In this document: piece by piece, positions 29,251-38,087 of the stretch
Layout: each line of letters begins with the position of its first letter
How positions within the stretch are numbered: the first letter of the stretch is position 1
Assembly (NCBI GenBank): GCA_945870455.1
Contig: CAMBSL010000001.1
Span: forward strand, 1-60,758
Length of the DNA: 60,758 nt
Reading direction: 5' to 3'
Source of the DNA: Pirellula staleyi DSM 6068
Lineage (GTDB): Bacteria; Planctomycetota; Planctomycetia; Pirellulales; Pirellulaceae
Notes under the pieces: generated by a model
Seen by the model: the letters and a program-made list of their open reading frames with translations, nothing else
Told to the model about the DNA's origin: nothing
Database searches by the model: none
Translations under genes and position numbers: made by a program

Positions 29251-32202
29251 ATGAAAGTTACGCAGCTAATCCTTCTTTGCGTCGCTGCCGTCTTGCCAGC
29301 CCAGGCACGGGGTGACGAAGCCGAACTGTTGTTCGTGCGTCGTGTTGTGCCCCTCTTCCATCAAAAGTGCCTCGCTTGTCATGGCAATGACGAGGCTGAG
29401 ATGAAGGGCGGCTTCGACATGCGGACACTTGCTACCATGTTGAAGGGAGGCGACAGTGAAACGCCGGGTTTGATCGCAGGCAAGTCAGAAGAGAGCCCGC
29501 TGTATCACGCAGTCACACGGCAACATGCAAACTGGTCGCCAATGCCGCCAAAGGAAGCAGACAAGCTTTATGCAGAGCAAATCTCTTGGATCAAGGACTG
29601 GATCGCCGGCGGCGCGCCGTGGCCGGATGAGGCTCGCATGCAGGCGATTGCGAAGGCGAATGAAGAGAAGTGGTCGCTTGAAGATGGAATCGTGATGGAT
29701 ACATCCGGCGGTCTCTCGCCAGAGTGGACGAACAGGAAATACAAACCCGAAGGGCTGTGGGCCTATCAGCCGGTCAAGAAGCAGACGCCGCCCGCAAACC
29801 AAGGCAATCCCATCGATGCCTTCCTTGCGGCGAAGATGCCAGACGGACTCATCCTAGCACCCGCAACCGACCGCGTAACGCTGATTCGACGCGCAACGTT
29901 TGACCTCATCGGCCTGCCGCCGAAGCCGGAACACGTGGAGGCGTTCGTGTTGGACGCGCGGCCAGACGTAGAAGCCTTCGCCGATGTTGTCGATCGTTTG
30001 CTCGACTCGCCGCATTACGGCGAGCGCATGGCGCAACATTGGCTTGATGTCACGCGCTACGCGGATTCGTCCGGTTTCTCGAACGACTACGAGCGCGGGA
30101 ATGCCTGGCGCTATCGCGATTACGTGGTTCGTGCCTTCAACAGTGACAAGCCCTACGACCAGTTCATCCAAGAACAGATCGCTGGCGACGAAATGGCGGA
30201 AAGGCTGGAGGGAAAAATCGGAAGGAGGAAACTAGACGGTGGAAGCACAGAGGAATTGATTTCGCCTTCCTCCTTCGACCTTCCTCCTTCTACCCTCGAC
30301 CTTCACCCTTCGGAGTTGATCATCGCCACTGGTTTCCTGCGTATGGGGCCCTGGGAGTTGACCGGCATGGAGGTCGAGAAGATCGCGCGCCAGCGTTTCC
30401 TCGACGATGTAGTCAACAGCGCCGGTGAGACGTTCCTGGCCCACTCGTTGCAATGCGCTCGCTGCCACGATCACAAGTTCGATCCGGTGCCGACGCGCGA
30501 CTATTATTCGATCCAGGCCGTCTTTGCGACAACACAGCTCTCGGAACGTGCCGCGCCCTTCCTGCCGATGGAAAACACGAACGGCTTCGAGGAGCGTACC
30601 TATCTGGAAAAGACCCTCGCGGAACATGAGGCCATGCTGTCCAAGCTGGACGCCGTGCTGCTGGAGAACGCGCAGCGTTGGTTCAAGGACAACGCTAAGG
30701 ACCCGGCCAAGTGGAACACCGCTGTCGAAGCCGCGAGAAAACCTTCCGCGACGAAACAAGGACCCGCGAAGAGGCTTGGGGTGTATTCGGACCTCTTTTC
30801 AGCCGCACGCAATGCCCTCACCAATGCCGGCGTGCTGGAGAGTGACTTTCCTCCAAAATTTGTCGGCTTCATGCCCGAACAGTTCGGATTGGAAAGGGTC
30901 GCCCGCAAAGGACTCGAACGCCTCCGGTGGGAACTCGACCGATACGAACCGTACGCGCTCGCCGTTTATGGGGGTCGCACTCGGCAATACAAAACCATCT
31001 TTACACCGCTGCGCATGCCGGCCGACCGGATGACCATGGGCGAGTTGGAGGAGACTTGCGTGCTCCCCGGCGGCGATCCGTTTGGCTCGGGTGAGAAGGT
31101 CAAGCCCGGCGTGCTCAGTGTGCTTGCTACCGCACAGAAGTCACCGATCACCGACGCCATCGAAGGCCGTCGAAGAGCATTCGCTGATTGGGTTGCCAGC
31201 GCAGAGAATCCACTTACAACTCGCGCCATCGTGAACCGCATTTGGCTCTGGCATTTCGATCAGCCGATCGCTGGCAATCCGAACAACTTCGGCAGCACTG
31301 GCAAGAAGCCCACGCACCCCGAACTGCTCGACTGGCTGGCGGCAACCTTCGTGGAGAAAGGCTGGAGCTTCAAGGCCATGCACAGGGTCATCGTGAACTC
31401 CGAGGCATATCAGCGTAGTACCACCCATCCCGATTTGAAAACGCTTTCTGACAAAGACCCAACCGGTACTAGCTATGCCGTCTTCAAACCGCGTCGACTC
31501 ACCGCCGAGGAGTTGCGGGATGCCATGCTCATCGTCACAGGGGAACTCAATCCTGTGCTGGGCGGTATTCCTAATCGCCCCGAGATCAATCTGGAAGCCG
31601 CCTTGCAACCGCGGCAGGTCATGGGCACTTTTGCTGCCGCCTGGACTCCGAACCCGTTACCTTCGCAACGTCATCGACGTTCGCTCTATGCGTTGAAGAT
31701 TCGAGGGCTGCCGGATCCTTTGCAGGAAGTCTTTAACGCACCCGCGCCCGACTTTTCGTGCGAGCGCCGCGAGGCCTCTACTGTCACGCCGCAAGTCTTC
31801 AGTTTGTTTAATGGCCAGAGTACGCAGTCCCGAGCGCTCGCCCTCGCCAATCGCGCCGTAAAGGAGACACAAAGTGATGAAGAGGCCCTCACGCGGGTCT
31901 TCGTGCTCACCCTCTCCCGTCCGCCCAATGCGGACGAACTTCAAAGCTGCATCGCTCACTGGCGCGCCATCGAAGCACTACTAGGCGAAGAAGTTCCGGC
32001 TGCTCAAAAGCCGCCGATCGAAGTGCGTCGCGACGCCGTTGAAGAAAACACTGGCGAGAAGTTTTCTTTCAACGAGAAACTACACGCCTATGCTGATTTC
32101 GTACCCGATCTCCAGCCCGCTGATGTCCCCACGCACACTCGCGCCCTCGCCGATGTCTGCCTCGCTCTCCTTAACTCGAACGAGTTTGCATATGTCTATT
32201 AA
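29251..32202 (+). CDS. PSCyt1/DUF1549/DUF1553 (PSD1) planctomycete cytochrome c domain protein
   Basis: CLACH, YGERMAQHWLDVTRYADS, CARCHDHKFDP, NRIWLWHF, PTHPELLDWLA, RRSLY, LLNSNEFAY. Confidence 0.93.
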   Translation: MKVTQLILLCVAAVLPAQARGDEAELLFVRRVVPLFHQKCLACHGNDEAEMKGGFDMRTLATMLKGGDSETPGLIAGKSEESPLYHAVTRQHANWSPMPPKEADKLYAEQISWIKDWIAGGAPWPDEARMQAIAKANEEKWSLEDGIVMDTSGGLSPEWTNRKYKPEGLWAYQPVKKQTPPANQGNPIDAFLAAKMPDGLILAPATDRVTLIRRATFDLIGLPPKPEHVEAFVLDARPDVEAFADVVDRLLDSPHYGERMAQHWLDVTRYADSSGFSNDYERGNAWRYRDYVVRAFNSDKPYDQFIQEQIAGDEMAERLEGKIGRRKLDGGSTEELISPSSFDLPPSTLDLHPSELIIATGFLRMGPWELTGMEVEKIARQRFLDDVVNSAGETFLAHSLQCARCHDHKFDPVPTRDYYSIQAVFATTQLSERAAPFLPMENTNGFEERTYLEKTLAEHEAMLSKLDAVLLENAQRWFKDNAKDPAKWNTAVEAARKPSATKQGPAKRLGVYSDLFSAARNALTNAGVLESDFPPKFVGFMPEQFGLERVARKGLERLRWELDRYEPYALAVYGGRTRQYKTIFTPLRMPADRMTMGELEETCVLPGGDPFGSGEKVKPGVLSVLATAQKSPITDAIEGRRRAFADWVASAENPLTTRAIVNRIWLWHFDQPIAGNPNNFGSTGKKPTHPELLDWLAATFVEKGWSFKAMHRVIVNSEAYQRSTTHPDLKTLSDKDPTGTSYAVFKPRRLTAEELRDAMLIVTGELNPVLGGIPNRPEINLEAALQPRQVMGTFAAAWTPNPLPSQRHRRSLYALKIRGLPDPLQEVFNAPAPDFSCERREASTVTPQVFSLFNGQSTQSRALALANRAVKETQSDEEALTRVFVLTLSRPPNADELQSCIAHWRAIEALLGEEVPAAQKPPIEVRRDAVEENTGEKFSFNEKLHAYADFVPDLQPADVPTHTRALADVCLALLNSNEFAYVY
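30198..30311. repeat. In-frame inverted heptamer-repeat element, GAAGG/CCTTC family
   Basis: Purine-rich left arm (..AATCGGA AGGAGGA AACTAGA CGGTGGA) and right arm GCCTTCC TCCTTCG ACCTTCC TCCTTCT ACCCTCG ACCTTCA. Confidence 0.8.
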
Positions 32203-32346
32203 GCGCTACTTCAAAGCGATTTCCACGTTCTGGCGAACGTGGCTAGTGCAAATTCCAGTTTAAAAACAAAGCCTAGAAAAATTGAAGGATGAATACGCAG
32301 TGACGAATGCAATGCCGGTGGTTCAGAAAGTTTGAGAATAGACGCT

Positions 32347-33759
32347 ATGAAAAATGAATATTTACAGCGACGCGATGCACTCATTGGTATGAGTTCGATA
32401 CTTGGGACGATCGCATTGAGCTCGATGCTGAATGCCGACGACCCTCCGCCTTCCTCCCTCAACCTTCCCACTTCCACCCTCCCCCTTCAATCTCCCTTCG
32501 CGAAAGCGAAAAACGTCATCTTCCTGATGATGGAAGGTGGCCCGTCGCACATCGACACGTTCGACCCGAAGCCGATGTTAGAGAAGATGCATCTCAAGGA
32601 GTTCGTTCGAGAAGGAAAGCAGATATCTGCCATGCAGGGTGGCAAACGCTACTATGTGCAAAGCCCATTCAAGTTCATCAAGGCTGGACAGAGCGGTGCG
32701 GACATGGCGGAGAACTGGACGCATCTTGCCAAAGTCGCAGATGACATCTGTTTTTTCCGTGGTTGCACAGTGGACAGCGTCAATCATCCAACCGCCATGT
32801 ATCAGTTGAACTGCGGCAACCGCTTCGGCGGTGATCCTGGAATCGGCGCATGGGTCAATTACGGCCTTGGCTCAATCAATCAGGACTTGCCTGGTTTCAT
32901 TGTGCTACCCGAAGTCAGCTATCCGCAAGGAGGTGCAGCGAACTGGAGCAACGGCTACTTGCCCGCGAAATTCCAAGGTACGCCGCTCCGAGCGAAAGGC
33001 TCGCCCATTCTCGATCTCACACCGCCCTCCGGAGTGACCACTTCCCGTCAACGCAAGAACCTCGACCTGATCGCGAAACTAAACACCGAGCATGCAGCTA
33101 AGCATCCCGGCCACGATGAACTCGCCGCACGCATGGACAATTATGAACTGGCCTTTCGAATGCAAATGCAAGTGCCAGAGACGCTCGACATCTCGAAGGA
33201 AGATGCGAAGACGAAAGAACTCTATGGTATCGGCAATGACGTGACCGATTCTTTTGGGCGCAAATGTTTGTTGGCGCGCAAACTAGTTGAGAAGGGAGTG
33301 CGCTTCGTGCAGCTTTACAACGGCTCATGGGATAGTCATGACTACATCGAGCGTGCCCACGGCAATCTCGTGCGCGGGGTCGATCAACCCATCGCCGCGC
33401 TCATTACGGATCTCAAGCAACACGGTTTGCTCGAAAGCACGCTAATCGTATGGTGCGGCGAGTTTGGCCGCACGCCTGACAACGGTGTGCGCGGCGGCAC
33501 GGCCTACGGTCGCGATCACAACCCAAATGCGATGACAATCTGGCTTGCCGGTGGCGGGTGCAACGCTGGTCACACGATTGGTGCCACCGATGAACTTGGA
33601 ATGGCTGCTGTCGAAGGCAAAGCCCACATCCGCGATTTCCACGTTACGCTGCTGCGACTTCTCGGCCTCGACGACAACAAGCTTACCTTTTATCACGCCG
33701 GCCGCTTCAAGCAACTCAGCCAGTTCGGTGGCACCGTTATCAAAGACTTGATCTCGTAA
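32347..33759 (+). CDS. DUF1501 domain protein
   Basis: QRRDAL, GGPSHIDTFDPKP, GVRFVQL, WDSH, GEFGRTP, GRDHNP. Confidence 0.93.
   Translation: MKNEYLQRRDALIGMSSILGTIALSSMLNADDPPPSSLNLPTSTLPLQSPFAKAKNVIFLMMEGGPSHIDTFDPKPMLEKMHLKEFVREGKQISAMQGGKRYYVQSPFKFIKAGQSGADMAENWTHLAKVADDICFFRGCTVDSVNHPTAMYQLNCGNRFGGDPGIGAWVNYGLGSINQDLPGFIVLPEVSYPQGGAANWSNGYLPAKFQGTPLRAKGSPILDLTPPSGVTTSRQRKNLDLIAKLNTEHAAKHPGHDELAARMDNYELAFRMQMQVPETLDISKEDAKTKELYGIGNDVTDSFGRKCLLARKLVEKGVRFVQLYNGSWDSHDYIERAHGNLVRGVDQPIAALITDLKQHGLLESTLIVWCGEFGRTPDNGVRGGTAYGRDHNPNAMTIWLAGGGCNAGHTIGATDELGMAAVEGKAHIRDFHVTLLRLLGLDDNKLTFYHAGRFKQLSQFGGTVIKDLIS
32441..32489. repeat. In-frame (NCCTTCC)x7 heptamer array
   Basis: ACCCTCC GCCTTCC TCCCTCA ACCTTCC CACTTCC ACCCTCC CCCTTCA, translated PPPSSLNLPTSTLPLQ. 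Same family as 30262-30311. Confidence 0.8.
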
Positions 33760-33912
33760 TCGCTCCATTTCAGCGGATGAAAGTTTTTCAAACACTCCTG
33801 GTTGCGACAAAACCGTACGCCCTGATTGTGGGCCTGCAGCCAGAGATGCCCCTTGCGTTCGGTGAGATCGCCACCGCATTCCGCGACAAAACGAAACGTA
33901 CGCACATAAAAA

Positions 33913-34345
33913 TCATGAGTTGGTCGTCGCCCAGTCGGCGCATAGCATCTCTGCCTGTTGCAGAACCGTCTTGACCGCTTCCTCTTGCAGGTCTGGCGGA
34001 TAGCCGTATTTGTTGAGGATGCGTTTGACCATCACCTTGATTTTAGCCCTGGCGCTCTCGCGGAGCGTCCAGTCTATCGTTACGCTCTGCCGAACCTTGG
34101 TGATCAACTACGCTGCGATCACTTTTAGCTTGTCGTCACCCATCGCTATCAAGGCCGATTCGTTGGCGGCTAACGCGTCGTAGAAGGCCACCTCGTCATC
34201 CGCGTCAGGCCAAGGTTCTGACCTCGCTTGGTGGCCGCGTCCAAGTCCTTGGCGAAGGTGATCAGCTCTTCCAACACCTGCATCGTCGAGATGGCTCGGT
34301 TGTGATACGAGTTCAACGTCTTTTTCAGCTTCTCGGAAAACACTT
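33913..34345 (-). pseudogene. hsdR: Type I restriction enzyme R subunit C-terminal (DUF3387) remnant
   Basis: FSEKLKKTLNSYHNRAI..GLT / DDEVAFYDALA..* / [36 protein letters not shown]. One frameshift and one in-frame TAG. Truncated at the REP array. Confidence 0.88.
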
Positions 34346-34680
34346 GGGACTGAATGCCAATTGTGGACTCGCGGTCCATGGGCTCGCGCCCATGGCTACA
34401 TCCTGTCGCCGCCTTGCGGCTAAATGCAATCGAGTCCAAACGGGACGGCATGTTGTAGCCATGGGCGCGAGCCCATGGTTGGGCGCGAGCCCATGGTCAC
34501 GGGGCACCTGCCCCGTCCGAAGCCCCAACGACCCAACGGGGCGACATGATACAACTTTCCTGTCGTCCCTTCGGGACTGAATGCCAATTGTGGACTCGCG
34601 GTCCATGGGCTCGCGTTCATGGCTACATCCTGTCGCCGCCTTGCGGCTAAATGCAATCGATTCGCGGCTAAATGCAATTT
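34346..34680. repeat. REP array next to the Y1 transposase: two 88-bp direct repeats (34346-34433, 34573-34660) plus inverted GTAG-CCATGGGCGCGAGCCCATGG units
   Basis: Read directly. Confidence 0.9.
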
Positions 34681-34697
34681 AACATGTTGGTGCGAGT

Positions 34698-35162
34698 TCA
34701 TTGAATGAACTCCTGTTCGAAAACGTATTTTGGGTCGTACTGGATCTGATGGCGTTCCAACATACCAATAAATTCTTCCTGAAACGTTTGTTTGCGGTGG
34801 TGTTCTTCCTGGTTGAGGATGTATGTGCGGACTGCCCCCTGCTGTGACTCGCTTACGGAAAACGCACCATACCCTTTCTGCCATTCGAAGGGGAATCGTG
34901 GTCTGATATTTTCGTTTACCATTTTCGATGAGTTCGTTTTGATCAATCGTAAAACGTCCGAGAACGCAATTGTGGGACTTAGCTTCGCCAGCAAATGAAC
35001 ATGATCGTTCACACCACCCATACACAACAAAGTCCCCTTGTTTTCGCGAATGATTCCGCCAACATAACCATATAGCTCGTCCTCCCACGTTTTTTCGATC
35101 GTTGGCTTACGAAACTTAGTACTGTAAACGATATGAAAAAGGAGATTCGTGAACGTTGACAT
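34698..35162 (-). CDS. tnpA: IS200/IS605-family Y1 (HUH) transposase, probably REP-associated (RAYT-like)
   Basis: HIVYSTKFR, DHVHLL (HUH), WQKGYGAFSVS, YILNQEEHH (catalytic Tyr). No tnpB. REP array adjacent. Confidence 0.92.
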   Translation of the reverse strand: MSTFTNLLFHIVYSTKFRKPTIEKTWEDELYGYVGGIIRENKGTLLCMGGVNDHVHLLAKLSPTIAFSDVLRLIKTNSSKMVNENIRPRFPFEWQKGYGAFSVSESQQGAVRTYILNQEEHHRKQTFQEEFIGMLERHQIQYDPKYVFEQEFIQ

Positions 35163-35174
35163 TACTTCTCTTCC

Positions 35175-35349
35175 CTACCGGTGCCAAATCAGCCGGAATG
35201 CGACACTTCTTATGGTCTTGGCGTATCTGTCTGCCGGTCCAATCCAATAGCTCTAAGTACAACTCGAAACTCATTCCAAGAAAACCTTTGTCGCTTGCGA
35301 TTTTCATCATGCTGTCCGAGAGGCCTTTGGGCTTATCACGAAATTGCAA
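35175..35349 (-). pseudogene. C-terminal fragment of a long Y1-type transposase
   Basis: ASDKGFLGMS..YLELLDWTGRQIR....IPADLAP recalls the C-terminus of long REP-associated-type transposases. Confidence 0.55.
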
Positions 35350-35391
35350 TTTACCTTGGCGACGATGGATTACGACTTGCCGGTCGTGCTT

Positions 35392-36756
35392 TTACCCAAC
35401 CAACTCGTGAATCGGTTTTCCCTGATCTAGCAGAGGAAAGGGTCGGTTTAAATGGTCATTAAACGTTACGGTTTGGGCATCGATTCCCAAATGATGATAG
35501 ATCGTGGCTGCAATGTCTTGAGGGCTGATTGGGCGCTCAACGACATGTTCGCCTCGTGAGCTGGAGCGTCCGATTGTTTGTCCCATCCGCATCCCTCCTC
35601 CTCCAAAAAGCACGCTAAAGGTATTACCCCAGTGGTCACGGCCAGCGTTGCTATTCATTCTCGGAGTGCGTCCGAATTCCCCCATCGCCACAATCAGCGT
35701 CTTGTCATACATGCCACGGTCGATCAAATCTTCTACCAGGGTTGCAATTGCGCGGTCCAATGGCGGTATCAGAAGTCGAGCTCCTTCCTCGGTTTTATAC
35801 TGCCCAGGTGAGCCGTGATGATCCCACGGGACGCAGTTGACTGTTACAAAAGTGACACCATGCTCTACCAATCGACGAGCCGCCAAAGCGCTTTGCCCAA
35901 ATGTATGTCGACCGTAGCGGTCTCGCAGTGAATCAGATTCTCGCGACAGGTCAAAAGCGTCACGGGCCTGGTTGCTCGTAAGCAATTCAAAGGCCGCTAG
36001 CTGATGCTCATCGAACTCCTTCAGCAAGGGCACGGTGTCGGCCCTCAATCGATCGATCGATTGCCTTAATTCATGGCGGCCCGCGAGTCGTTGCAGGGTC
36101 AAACTATTTCCCAACGACAGATTCTTAACCTCAAAATTAGCTTTGTTGGGATCCGAATTAACAACAAAGGGATTCCATCCGCCTCCCAGGTACGCCGCGT
36201 AATGAAACAAGTTATCGGTGCCACCACGCAAGTCAGGGACTGCTACGTATGGCGGTATTCCAACCGTGTTTGCACCGCGTAGACGGGCCACTGCAGAACC
36301 GATCGCAGGACGACGTTGCTGTTGATTATCGGGCGAGTTGAATGCGGGACCCTCGAATCCGGTCAGCATCCAATGATTTCCCTTTGTATGATCACCTGTC
36401 CCATGATTGACGGTTCGCACTACCGCCAGTTTATCCGCCACGCGTGCTTGCTCTGGCATCAGCTCTCCGAACTGTATTCCTGGAACGTTGGTTCTAATCG
36501 CTCCAAACGGTCCTCGATATTCCGAAGGTGCTTCCGGTTTTGGATCCCAGGTCTCCATGTGGCCGGGGCCACCGCTGAGCCAAAATAAGATGACATTGGA
36601 ACCTGCTGCAGATGGTCGGATTGTTCCTTGAGCCTGGAGTTGCATTAAATTCGCTAGCGTTAATCCGCCCGCACCCAGAGCGCCAGCTTGTAAAAAACAT
36701 CGACGCGAAAACGCCTGTTGTATTGGGTGCGACGTTTGTCGGCTCGCGTTTGTCAT
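35392..36756 (-). CDS. DUF1501 domain protein
   Basis: SRRCFLQAG, GGPGHMETWDPKP, ARRLVEHGV, WDHH, GEFGRTP, GRDHW. Confidence 0.93.
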   Translation of the reverse strand: MTNASRQTSHPIQQAFSRRCFLQAGALGAGGLTLANLMQLQAQGTIRPSAAGSNVILFWLSGGPGHMETWDPKPEAPSEYRGPFGAIRTNVPGIQFGELMPEQARVADKLAVVRTVNHGTGDHTKGNHWMLTGFEGPAFNSPDNQQQRRPAIGSAVARLRGANTVGIPPYVAVPDLRGGTDNLFHYAAYLGGGWNPFVVNSDPNKANFEVKNLSLGNSLTLQRLAGRHELRQSIDRLRADTVPLLKEFDEHQLAAFELLTSNQARDAFDLSRESDSLRDRYGRHTFGQSALAARRLVEHGVTFVTVNCVPWDHHGSPGQYKTEEGARLLIPPLDRAIATLVEDLIDRGMYDKTLIVAMGEFGRTPRMNSNAGRDHWGNTFSVLFGGGGMRMGQTIGRSSSRGEHVVERPISPQDIAATIYHHLGIDAQTVTFNDHLNRPFPLLDQGKPIHELVG

Positions 36757-36873
36757 TCGAAATGCACGGATTGTGAGTTAGGATGCGTTTGCGTTTCCAC
36801 TTGAAATTGCATTATTGTCGAACGGATCCAAGAGATGATAGTCTGAAAAGAAAACAATTTAAAGATGCCTCCG

Positions 36874-37632
36874 CTATACCAGCCACCAGGCTCCATTGGT
36901 GAGAACGTAGATTCCCAAAATCAAATTCGTGACGGAGTGAGCAGCGATACATTCCCAAAGATTCTTGGTGTGCCAAGCAAGCAGGGAAATCATTGAGAAC
37001 CAAACGGCAGCCGCGAGCAGTTCGCCCGGATGCATCAGCATCGGTAGCAACGTCCCGACCAACGCGGATATTGCGGTGACACGCCCTATCGGATAATCCG
37101 TCCAGTCCTCGGAAGCGATGTAACGCATGACAAAGCCTCGCAGGAAGTATTCTTCTATGATGGGCACAATGATTATCAAGCCGAACCCACGCAATGCTAA
37201 ATATGCAAAAGTAGCCATTCGCTGATCTTTCCATTCTTCGAATGGGTTGAATGCAGATCGCACGCCTGATCCGAGTAAGCTCTCCAGCCCCCATGTCTTC
37301 AGTAATGGCAAAAGCGTAGTTTGTTCCCAATTCAAATTGCAGAGGTAGATCCAAACGATGCCGCCCGCGATCCCTACTGCGATCCCTTTCCAGCGTATTG
37401 TTTGAGCCAAGGTTTTGTTCCATGGCCAAACGAATGCGAGTGAGGCTGTCGTTGCGATTAGCTTGACCGCGTAAACCCAAGGATAGTAGCTATACGGAAT
37501 AGCGGTCGAGGAATCCGCGTTCGGCTTAGGCTCAAGCGAGCCGATGAGCATAAATATTGCCATCGGTAAAACAAAGGGCAGCCAAGGATGTTGGGTTAGG
37601 AGTGCTTTTAGCCAGTTTGCTGTTTGGTTCAT
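36874..37632 (-). CDS. CAAX prenyl protease-related (CPBP) membrane protein
   Basis: Multiple transmembrane segments, PIIEEYFLRGF, MHP, AAHSVTN. Confidence 0.88.
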   Translation of the reverse strand: MNQTANWLKALLTQHPWLPFVLPMAIFMLIGSLEPKPNADSSTAIPYSYYPWVYAVKLIATTASLAFVWPWNKTLAQTIRWKGIAVGIAGGIVWIYLCNLNWEQTTLLPLLKTWGLESLLGSGVRSAFNPFEEWKDQRMATFAYLALRGFGLIIIVPIIEEYFLRGFVMRYIASEDWTDYPIGRVTAISALVGTLLPMLMHPGELLAAAVWFSMISLLAWHTKNLWECIAAHSVTNLILGIYVLTNGAWWLV

Positions 37633-37680
37633 TGCGACAAGGAGTTCAGCGGGAATTGTGAACGCAACTACTAGCCTTCG

Positions 37681-37800
37681 GGCTCACACAGTGTGAGCCG
37701 CAGGGCGATAGCCGCCGGTAGGGTGGCTGTATGATACACTTTTGTCCCCCGTGGCATGGGCGTCTCGCTCATGGAATCACGAGCGGGACGCTCGGGCCAC
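37681..37800. repeat. Intergenic palindrome cluster: GGCTCACAC-A-GTGTGAGCC and a GTGG REP doublet (37751-37800)
   Basis: GTGGCATGGGCGTCTCGCTCATG GAAT CACGAGCGGGACGCTCGGGCCAC. Confidence 0.75.
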
Positions 37801-38087
37801 GCGAGGGTCGACTTTCGTTAGATATTCAGTCGGGTGCCCCAGCATCGCTGGTTGTCTAATTTCGAGTTCAACGCAACCAAAACGCTGGCTTGAATCGCAT
37901 CTGGATGATTAGAAGGCAACACTCATCGCACTCATGATTGGATACAACCATTTCAGGATAGTATTTCAATAACCTGTTCGGACCTGCAGGAGATATAATG
38001 TGGGACAGTCGGCCCTAGGGTCTCATCCATGCGCTCCAAAAGTTCATGTGACGGCCCCCCGCTCCTGCCTTGAATCCACCTCACTGA

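Noticed and set aside
34346-34660. Two 88-bp direct repeats as CRISPR repeats or IS target duplication
   Set aside because: They are too long, number only two, lie on one side of the transposase and are composed of REP hairpins.
36812-37480. 222-aa alternative-frame ORF
   Set aside because: It overlaps the CAAX protease gene on the same strand in a different frame and has no motifs.
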